From Octopus sinensis (taxonomy: Eukaryota): DNA of 20,074 bases. The DNA is taken from the NCBI RefSeq assembly GCF_006345805.1, contig NW_021824012.1, forward strand, positions 1 to 20,074. Reading direction: 5' to 3'. The notes under the pieces were generated by a model. That model was not told where the DNA came from and did not search any database. It worked only from the letters and a program-made list of their open reading frames with translations. Positions 11,275 through 20,074 of the stretch are shown here, one piece after another; positions within the stretch are counted from its first letter, which is position 1, and the number at the start of each line of letters is the position of its first letter. The position numbers and the translations under genes are program-made.

Positions 11275-11460
11275 TTTAGTGGTTAGTGTATTCGGCTCAC
11301 GATCTTCAGGCCGTGAGTTCGATTCCCGGCGGTGTATTGTGTCCTTGAGTAAGATGCTTTATTTCATGTTAATCCAGTCCAAACTCAGCTGACAAAAATG
11401 AGACATACTTATGATTCAAAGAGCCATCGTTGTCACATTCTGTGTCATCCTGAATCTCCC
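11273..11460 (+). mobile_element. tRNA-derived SINE, family B, directly abutting the family A copy
   Basis: gtttagtggttagtgtattcggctcacgatc..gtgagttcgattcccggcggtgtattgtgtccttgagtaag; matches the 9818-10062 copy. Confidence 0.85.
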
Positions 11461-12121
11461 ACTCCGTGCATGGGTGCACGCGCGCTTCTTTCTTAACTTT
11501 TAACATTTTAAATATCTACACATCACAGTAAAAGTTTAATAATCTGAGCTACTCCAGCTCAGTTCTTATAACAGAGAATCAGATAAACTTTCAATAATAA
11601 CCCTTGTCAATGCATTTACATCGATTGGACTCACAACACTTCTAATGGAGCAATGCACAGCAGAAATAGTAGAGGGCAGGTAGAAAATCCTTTGCAAAAT
11701 CTAGTTATAGCCTGTGCTACACTTATAGAGTACATCTGTTCTTTCATCTCTTCAGGGTTAACAGCAGAACTACTGATAGTAGTTATGAGTGTAAGAGTCA
11801 AGTATTTCTGCTTTTGCACATACTCAATGACTAGTTATCTCATCCTAACATGATTTGTAAATTGTATACATTATTGCAAAGATATGATTTTGAGATGTAT
11901 ACATTCCAAAACCTGAAATAATGCCTTTCACTCTTATTTCATAGCAATTCCACAGTTATTGTGATGTAAACGAAATTATATAAAGGCTTAGTATCATCTA
12001 ACATGTGTTTGGGCATTACCCATGTGTAATTCAATTTCAAGTATTACGTTGCGTCGAAATAATTGGAGCGAATCATTAAGAATTGGCCAACCGTAATCAT
12101 TCTTCATGACACCAATTCCTT

Positions 12122-12157
<36 letters not shown>

Positions 12158-12362
12158 ATAATATATATGTATGTATGTATCTATGTATTTATATATAGAT
12201 ACATACATATATATATATATTGTTATATTTCGGAATGGTCATTTTGCCAGTTTAGCCAATAAAAACACACGCACTATATATTTGGTGTTATTTTGCTTCA
12301 GTGTTATTTATTTTTTACATTAATCTTAATCTTATTTCGGCCAGAGTTCTTTCGTCACATAT

Positions 12363-13000
12363 AATTTATATCTAATGTAGGATAACATTTTTTTCGAAAA
12401 AAATTCTATCAATGGCCAGCATATTAAAAAATACTTTTAAAGGTTAAATTATAAACACCTTATAAATAAGGGCATATTTGGCATTAGAAATTTTTTCGTT
12501 TGCCCTTATTTATAAGTTGTTTATAATTTAACCTTTAAAGGTATTATTTAATATGCTGGCCATTGATAGAATTTCTTTTCCGAAAAAAATTTTATCCTAC
12601 ATTAGATATAAATTTAATAGTGTTCACTTCCGGACTCTCCCACTCTGTGAGTGCCTCAGTTCAAATCGCACGTGTCTTGAATGGGCTGGAGTATATCTAT
12701 TTTGGATTTATTTGGGGCACTTAGTTGTGCTCATGACTTCGTGTTTGCTTCTTCCATGGGTATGAGTAAGTATCTCATTTACCTCTTGGCCACATGTATC
12801 ACTGACGAAGGGAGGGTTCTTTATGAACTAACCCTGAAATCGGTCCGATATGGTAATAATGGAATTTTTTAGAGATTTCTGTCGGCCTTTTTTCGAGTAG
12901 CGTGCGTACTGGGGAAAAAAATATATGGTAAATGGACAATATGTCCAATTTTCAGCATATTTGGCATTAGAAATTTTTTCGTTTGCCCTTATTTATAAGT

Positions 13001-13003
<3 letters not shown>
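12363..13003 (+). mobile_element. Non-coding Penelope-like / retrozyme-like element: 483-nt unit with 49-nt terminal direct repeat, a ~112-nt inverted arm and a hammerhead ribozyme
   Basis: 12472-12520 is identical to 12955-13003 (49/49). 12363-12474 is the reverse complement of 12501-12614 (4 substitutions, 2 single-base indels). Hammerhead at 12797-12855. Confidence 0.7.
12797..12855 (+). ncRNA. Type I hammerhead ribozyme (minimal, short palindromic stem III)
   Basis: Stem I UAUCA/UGGUA; core CUGACGA (12802-12808); stem II AGGG/CCCU with inner GGUUC/GAACU; GAAA (12836-12839); stem III AUCG-guc-CGAU; cleavage triplet AUA with predicted cut after 12850. Confidence 0.8.
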
Positions 13004-13052
<49 letters not shown>

Positions 13053-13537
13053 GTGTTGTGTGTGTGTATGTATGCATGTATATATATATATATATATGTA
13101 TGTATATCATTTTTTGTCAGACGAGTAGGCAGACCCCATGACCCGCTACAAGACCTCCGAGACTAGTAGGAGAGGAAGGATATAGAGAAGTATCCTCGAA
13201 CTCGAAACAGGGCTCCCCTATGGCGCCCGTCGTGCCAGACAATGGTATTAGCGTGGATGTCAAGGGATGTCAATAACGCTGATAGGCCATGACATAATTT
13301 GATCTCAGAATACAAAGAGCCGTATAGAAAGGGCATCCGGTCCGACTCAAATATGTACACAAACACTCACACACACACATACACACTCACACGCACACAC
13401 ACATACATGTACACACACACACACACACACATAGGCACACAAGTACTATATAAATACAAGAGTATGTTGTTATGCATGTGTGTTTAGCCCCAGAAACCTC
13501 TGAAACCGAGCATCCTTGAGAAAAACAATGTTTCCGT

Positions 13538-13540
<3 letters not shown>

Positions 13541-13596
<56 letters not shown>

Positions 13597-13714
13597 TAAT
13601 AATAATAACAACAACAACAACAATAATAATGAAAAACAATAACAATAATAATAATAACAACCACAAGAATAACAACAACAACAACAATAATAATAATAAT
13701 AGTAATAATAATAA
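13541..13714. repeat. (AAT)n/(AAC)n microsatellite, 5' flank of the LINE
   Basis: Directly visible. Confidence 0.98.
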
Positions 13715-14923
13715 CTCCTTAGCAGTTCCAGTTGTTACTTATAGCTACAATGTGTTGAACTGGATATGAGTGAAGTAAGAATATAGATAGAAAAATACGC
13801 AAGCTGCTGAGTTGTAATAGGATGCACCACCAAAGGCAGACGTAGATCGCCTTTACCTTCCAAGAGCCAAGGAGGTCGAGGCCTGATCCAATTTGAACTA
13901 GCTACAAAACAACCACAATTGGACTGGCCAAATATCTCGAAATAACGAATGACTGGATGCACGAGCAATTGGCTGATAGGTGGGAGGAGAACCTCTGCAC
14001 GGCAAATATGTGGCCCGTAACAAACAAGCTGATGTTGACCTGAAGCAAACCCATCAGTGGCTACGGAGCTCAGGGCTAAAAACAGAGAGCGAAGGTTTCA
14101 TCCTGGCTGCTCAAGATCAAAGCCTTAACCCGGAACACCAGGCCAATGTGATATGAAAAATGAAGCAGACCCAAAATGCCGATTCTGCAACATGATTGAA
14201 ACAGTGGACCACCTAATCTCTGGATGTAAGTCTTAGCACCAGTGGAGTATAATTAAGACATGACAGAGTTGGCCAATATCTACACTGGCTAATAAGTCGG
14301 CATTACAATATCAAAACTGCCGACAAGTGGTATAAATCAACAACTGAAGCTGTAACTGAAGGAGAAAATGTAACCATTCTGTGGGACTTTCCAGTACATA
14401 CAGACCGAACCATCAAGGCCAATAAACCAGATATTGTCGTGAAAGACCAAAACAATAAAGTTTGCTTATTGGTCGACATGAGCATCCCCTGTGATCATAA
14501 TATCTCGGCGAAAGAGTTTGACAAGCTCAGAAAATATAAAGACCTGCTCATTGAAATTGAGAAAATGTGGCATCTCAAGGCGGTTACAATACCAGTGAAT
14601 GTAGGAGCACTAGGAATGATCAAGAAGGGAACCGAAAATTATATGAGAATGATCCCTGGCTTACCATCCCTGCAAGAAGTGCAAAAGATTGTCTTAACTG
14701 GTACATCACACGTATTGAGAAGAGCATTGTCGATGTGGGAACTATTACTACCCATGTATTTTAATTTAACTTAAAATTTTTTTTTTAAATGAACGAACTA
14801 GTGAGTTTAGTTTAATGGCCTACCAATGAATACTATGAGTTTCTTTGCCCTAGGAGTCGGGAAGACACTCGGCAAGAAATGGAAGCAAATTTGAAAGAAA
14901 AGGAAAAAAAAGATAACAAAATG
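13713..14923 (+). mobile_element. 5'-truncated RLE-type non-LTR retrotransposon, R4/Dong-like
   Basis: Frame-corrected translation: NSLAVPVVTYSYNVLNW..IDRKIRKLL..MHH.KADVDRLYLPR..GGRGL..PLHGKY..ESEGFILAAQDQSL..CRFC-x7-H-x4-C..RHDRVG..ILWDF..NKPDIVVKD..VDMSIP..KYKDL. ~150-nt 3' UTR ending in (AAT)n. Confidence 0.92.
14253..14774 (+). pseudogene. Uninterrupted 173-codon C-terminal fragment of the LINE ORF (restriction-like PD-(D/E)xK endonuclease)
   Basis: Open from tta at 14253 (LRHDRVGQYLHW..) to taa at 14772-14774; includes ORF-track entry 14439..14774; RHD and PD..D motifs present. Confidence 0.9.

Positions 14924-14995
<72 letters not shown>
14924..14995. repeat. (AAT)24 perfect microsatellite / LINE tail
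   Basis: Directly visible. Confidence 0.98.
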
Positions 14996-14996
<1 letters not shown>

Positions 14997-14997
<1 letters not shown>

Positions 14998-15523
14998 AAA
15001 ATGCCCTGATGCAGTACCAGACAGTGGCTTCTTGGCTTCTGATTTTAACTGATTGGAAGTGTTATCATGTATAATATTTTGTCTTGGTATAAAAGATGGG
15101 CTACAGCAAATGTTCTGCTCAATACCACAGATTTGCTTGTCAGTTGTTTGACAACCAGTTGACCATGTCATTGGTGACTGATATGTGCAACTCTGATCAC
15201 GAGCAGAAGTAGTGGGGGAGCATTATAAACATTTGTTGACAGGAATTCTTTTGGGTTTGGATAATTCACCTCTGGTAACATGTGTGTTTCGTTCAACTAT
15301 TATTCAAGGACCTTTTGAGCGGGATGGGCAAGTAGACCCGAAGAAAATTTTAGCCTGCGAAATCAAGTGCTGTTAATCTTGATATGAGACCGCCATATCA
15401 AGCACATATGGTTGTGATGCATATGCCTGGTATAACCCTTATCAGACGTGTAGTCATGATGGGTATACTGGGCTTCGTATATTATACGCCAGTGTCACTT
15501 TGATGGCATGCACTGTTCTCTCA
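14997..15523 (-). mobile_element. ~520-bp non-coding interspersed repeat ending in (ATT)n on its own strand (probable non-autonomous retroelement or LINE 3' end)
   Basis: Higher-GC non-coding block that ends sharply at the microsatellite (minus strand ..ggtactgcatcagggcatttt agt attattatt). Resembles an abundant octopus repeat as I recall it; no second copy in this window. Confidence 0.45.
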
Positions 15524-15559
15524 TTAATAAATTTATAAATTTTCGAAATTTATATAAAA

Positions 15560-15630
15560 TTTTCGTTGCGTCTTGCAACTTTTTCAATAGTTTTGAAAAC
15601 TATTCAAAAGGTTGCAAGACGCAACGAAAA
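15560..15630. repeat. 71-bp near-perfect palindrome (35-bp arms, 1-nt centre)
   Basis: ttttcgttgcgtcttgcaactttttcaatagtttt-g-aaaactattcaaaaggttgcaagacgcaacgaaaa; 33/35 Watson-Crick pairs. Confidence 0.95.
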
Positions 15631-15743
15631 CTTTAGGAAAATAAAAATAAGAAATAAGTGGAGATTTTCCGGTGAACTCATATAAAGAAATTTTACACAC
15701 GAACTCATATAAAGAATCTTGCAAACCAAATCCAAAAACGAAG

Positions 15744-15869
15744 TATATATATATATATAGTATATATATATATATGCATATATATATATATCATATATAT
15801 ACATAACATATATGTGTATATATATATTTATATATATATATATATAAATGTATATATATATTATATATA

Positions 15870-15927
<58 letters not shown>
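15744..15927. repeat. (TA)n then (ATT)n microsatellites
   Basis: Directly visible. Confidence 0.97.
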
Positions 15928-15929
15928 TT

Positions 15930-16200
15930 AAATCTCTCAAAGTGAGACGAGACATTCAGTGACAGTTCTTTGAAGTAAAGTCTATTTGGCAACATAATGT
16001 GCCTGTCTTGTAAGGGACGATGTTACTGTTGTGTAGTATAGCCAACTAGAAGCAATATATAATGAGAACCAAAGGTTGGGTTCAAAGTTCCACAAGAACA
16101 CCTGATGAAGGCTGGAGTGTAAATTACCCGAAACGTTGTGGTAACAACAAACAAGATGAGGACACATATCCGTCCAATGTAAATAATGTAAATAATGTAG
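15930..16200 (+). mobile_element. Penelope-like element terminal fragment with a decayed hammerhead
   Basis: ctgatgaaggc..ccgaaacgttgtg motif at 16102-16140, followed by a tandem aatgta(aat) tail; boundaries approximate. Confidence 0.5.
16097..16142 (+). ncRNA. Degenerate minimal type I hammerhead ribozyme
   Basis: AACAC-CUGAUGA-A-GGCUG..UACCC-GAA-ACGU-U-GUGGU. Core intact; one mismatch in stem I and one in stem II; stem III reduced to the palindrome ACGU. Confidence 0.55.
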
Positions 16201-16295
16201 AAATTAATATTATTAGATGATATTAATTTAAACCATTGGCTAGCGTACTTAAAAAATGTCCTCGGACTATGAAATATATTACATATACAAATAAT

Positions 16296-16619
16296 AGGGA
16301 TAGCCACCAAGGTGGATTCCTAGTACGCCAGAAGAAGACGCCAAAACGCCTTACGAAGAATATGTTCTCAATTTTAGCAAACGCCTGAATGTATGCGAGC
16401 GAGACAGGTGAATGGAGACGAAATAAAGCAATTAACTTCATACGACTTCAAGGGCGAGCTACAGATGTTTACGTTAATAATAAATAATAGCGAAATCTTA
16501 ACGTATTAAGTTAATTGTTTTTATTTTGTCTCCTCTCATTTGTTTTGCTTGAATGCATTCTGGAGACCATTAAGCGTCTTTTTCTAGCGTACTAAGAATT
16601 CACCTCGGTGACTATTCCT
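16296..16619. mobile_element. Fold-back / long-TIR MITE-like element
   Basis: 16296-16341 pairs with 16574-16619 (39/46; all 7 differences are transitions); 16384-16444 pairs with 16502-16563; ~57-nt spacer. No clear TSD. Confidence 0.7.
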
Positions 16620-16837
16620 CTTCTATATATATATATATATATTATTCATATATATATAATTATATAATATATATATATATATATGTTGTATATATATCAT
16701 GTGTATGTCTGCATAGAGATGCATCAAGAAGATAATATAACTTTCTTATTTGTCTGACCAGCAAGAAAAAGTATTGTTTATCCGATTCTCCTAGAGTAAC
16801 TGAATGACCTGAAATAATATTAGTATTCTACTGGCTT

Positions 16838-17030
16838 TATGTATATATGTACGTACATACACACATACATAAATATATGCATGCATACCTAATACATACA
16901 TACATGCATGCATACATACATACATACATACATACATACATACATACATACATACATACATACATACATACATACATACATACATACATACATACATACA
17001 TACATACATACGTACGTACATACATACGTA
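16838..17030. repeat. (TACA)n array with TACG ends
   Basis: Directly visible. Confidence 0.98.
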
Positions 17031-18173
17031 CACCGTCATTTTGAAAGATATACTCCCAAAAGCAGCCATGGAATATTTAGAGTAATTGTTACTTCTAATA
17101 CCTCTAAACGTTCACAGTAAAGATGAGTAGGAAAGCAAAGAAGTGGAACCATTTTAGCGTTTACAATGCAATAGGACTGGTTTTCTTGAATTGAGTATAT
17201 TACTCTATATGCTTGTAGGCGATAGGTATGATGGGTATACTTGTATGGTGTTTGAAACGTTAGAGCCTCTTGAAAATTTGAATTAGAGGCAGAAAGTGCC
17301 ATAATACCTTCTGCAGTGATGTTCTTGTGTCAGAGGAAAACTGTGTGCAAGAGAAATGAATTAGAAAGCAAACTTTTACATGGTTTAAAACTCCATAAAA
17401 CTGGATATAATTTAATATGGATACCAGAGAGAACACACAGTTCTAAGGGTCGCCAAATACGAAAGATAATCTGTTAAAAATCATTTTAATAATATATTGG
17501 AAGGCTTCATTTTAAACACACTTGAATATACTCCAGGTCAAGTGATCAAAGGATGTACAGTATCCTATTTATGATAGATGTTTGCTTCATATCATAATAT
17601 ACTATACTAGGACGAAAAGTGAATGTCAATTCTGGAGGATGTGAATATAGCATATTTGTAAATATGAAATATCAAGGAGAGATATAACGGGATTGTTATT
17701 GATGCACGCAAAGGCAAGTCAATGGTTTAGATACAAATGCATAAATGTTATTGAGCTGTATAAAACTAATCTGTCTGCGTCAAAATGTTAAGTAAATGTA
17801 TGAATTTTAATGTCATATCTAGACAATGAACTATAAACAGATCCATCTGTACACAACAATGAGGTAGAAACAAGTACAGTAATAACTGAATCATATGATA
17901 CAGAAATTGTAAACTTTATGTATGCGCAATTATAGAAATTTTCTTAATGTAATTTCCTTACAGAGATCCTTCACTTCAAACCCTGGCTGATATCAACAAA
18001 AAAACAATTACTCTCATATCATTCAATACCACCTTTTCTTAAAGAGAAAACAAATAACACATTGAATTTTGCAGTTCAAGATACACGAAGTGTGAAAATA
18101 ATTCTAGATAGTGAAGATTGGAACTGAATGGACTGTGTTTCTGCTCGACTTATGGTAATCTGAAGTTAAATAA

Positions 18174-18225
18174 CAACAACAACAACAACAACCACGACGA
18201 TGACGACGTCAGCAACCACAAGACT
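18174..18225. repeat. (AAC)n/(GAC)n repeat
   Basis: Directly visible. Confidence 0.9.
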
Positions 18226-18314
18226 ACCGCATCAACAGGAACAATAATAAGTGCTTTTATCTAATGGAATAGACAACAAACTTCTACAACAGTCGGTTAT
18301 ATTCTTAAGTCCAA

Positions 18315-18518
18315 TATATATATGTTTAATATATATATATATATAATATATTATATATTATATATATTATATATACAACGCATATACTCATATACATATA
18401 TACTCACACATATATACGCATAAACTGAAACGCACACGCTCATATATACATATATACATACTCACAAACAACCACACATATACAACTATATAAATATAGG
18501 TTAGTATACTTATGTATG

Positions 18519-18564
<46 letters not shown>

Positions 18565-18723
18565 TATATACATATGGTGTGTGTGTGTGTGTGGTGTGTG
18601 TGTGTATGTAAGTATGTGTGAATGTATATATATATATACATAATATATTATATATATTATATATACATATATCTATATTATATATATACATATATATATA
18701 TAACATATATATATATTACATAT

Positions 18724-18789
<66 letters not shown>

Positions 18790-18800
18790 ATATATATAGG
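18315..18800. repeat. Long compound (TA)n/(CA)n/(TG)n microsatellite region
   Basis: Directly visible. Confidence 0.97.
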
Positions 18801-20074
18801 TATATATTAGTTATTGTTCACACGCTTTATTAAATTCCATGATTTGTCGATTATATGTACTGTGTAAGCTTAATTCTAATTTACGTTTTAAAGCCTGGGT
18901 TGTGTCTTCAAATTCTAATAATGATTTCTTGAACGGTATTGATAATTTTCTTTGTTTTCTTAAATTTATGTAACAACTTAAAAAAGACATTTAAGAGTAA
19001 CGCGTTCATCTTCGCTTTATTGTGTGAGGCTTTTATTAAGAAAAAGAAATTCTTCGATAAAATACACATGTTAAGCAGGCAATGTAGGGTTAGGTGCGAA
19101 AACCGAAAAAGTTTAACATTCGGAAATACAAACACTCATCTAAATATATGTATTGCTTGAGTTGTACGTTATTAGTCCTTTGTTTATTATCGTTCCAAGA
19201 GATTGTCAGATTTTAATGTTTTTCCTAGTGAAGCTTTTAGTCTATAAAAGTTGTTTTTATTTTTTTGTTTTCGGTGGGAGCAGGGATGTGATCCCTTACT
19301 TTTGTGTAACAAGCGTTGTCTCGTGGATTCATGAATTAAGTTCTATGTTTAATTAATAATACTTGTAGAACAAGTTCAACAAATTTGGAACTTCTACCTA
19401 TTTAGTTATTTTATTGTAGTTGTAGTCTGTAAAGATTTTTGCTTTTATTTATTTATTTATTTTTTTTTGTAGGCTTGTATGTCTATTCTATGGCTATGTG
19501 TGTATGTGCGTGTGGGTGCGTTTGTTTGTGAATGCATTTGTACCAGAATTATTTGTTTATAGTATCTCTAATTCTTCTATGTAAATTTCGATATTTTTAT
19601 CAATTAGTCTGTTGAAGTAGCTGATGCTTATTATGGTTTAATTCTATCCAATTAATAGCTAAAGGCTTCTTTTTGTTTGCAATAAATTTAAAGGCTCATC
19701 GTCGTAAGTTGTAATAATAGAGATTTTATAGAGTCTTCTAGGATTTCTAATTCTCAAGTATGTGTTAACAAATATATCACGAACTCTTTACACAGGAAAA
19801 AAAAAGTATATAATCATTTGCTAAAACTCTCGGATAGAGAATATTTATTTTGTATGAGTTTGTGTTGCATTTCTTTTTCAATGTTTATTCGCAGGTTAAA
19901 CTTTAATAAAGGAGAGAAAAAAAAAGTTATTCGAGTATTTGAAATCACGGTCGCGTTCTCTTGATCTGTCTTTTATTATATTTTTCACCATTGGAATGTT
20001 ATTCACTTATTGACAATGCATGATTAATATATACTGTGTTACAAAGAAAATTTTATTGTCACAATTATGTATAC

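Noticed and set aside
6908-11330. tRNA genes at the SINE heads
   Set aside because: A/B boxes are present but there is no complete cloverleaf, and each continues into a shared repeat body; these are SINEs.
12335-12362. Possible half hammerhead on the minus strand (tgtgac-gaaa-gaactc)
   Set aside because: The CUGANGA half is absent because the sequence is cut off at the inverted-arm junction; cannot be supported.
12472-13003. CRISPR-like repeat-spacer reading of the 49-nt direct repeat
   Set aside because: Only two copies 483 nt apart, eukaryotic context and no cas genes.
17375-17460. TWFKTP*NWI*FNMD resembling the start of a retroelement RNase H domain
   Set aside because: Multiple stops and no downstream motifs; too weak.
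17940-18130. Strong plus-strand acceptor (tttccttacag|) at 17963/17964
   Set aside because: No matching donor or convincing coding frame, and the downstream sequence runs into a degenerate repeat.
71-19356. Most ORF-track entries ([12 protein letters not shown], poly-I/L, LSIY peptides)
   Set aside because: They are translations of di-, tri- and tetranucleotide microsatellites, with no protein-like complexity.

Overview
Eukaryotic, AT-rich, microsatellite-dense DNA, most likely intronic or intergenic. The repeat content resembles Octopus/cephalopod DNA; this is recognition from memory, not a search result. There is no prokaryotic content and no CRISPR array, and almost every entry in the ORF track is a simple-repeat translation. 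Supported features: a 5'-truncated R4/Dong-like non-LTR retrotransposon (RT C-terminus, CCHC knuckle, restriction-like endonuclease) inside an (AAT)n microsatellite; several tRNA-derived SINEs, two families present as inverted pairs; a 187-bp hAT-type MITE with an 8-bp TSD; a fold-back element; a 71-bp palindrome; and many microsatellites. The most interesting signal is a non-coding 483-nt unit with a perfect 49-nt terminal redundancy and an inverted 5' arm that carries a consensus type I hammerhead ribozyme, i.e. Penelope-like/retrozyme architecture. A second, decayed hammerhead lies 3.3 kb downstream. A few candidate small exons are reported at low confidence.
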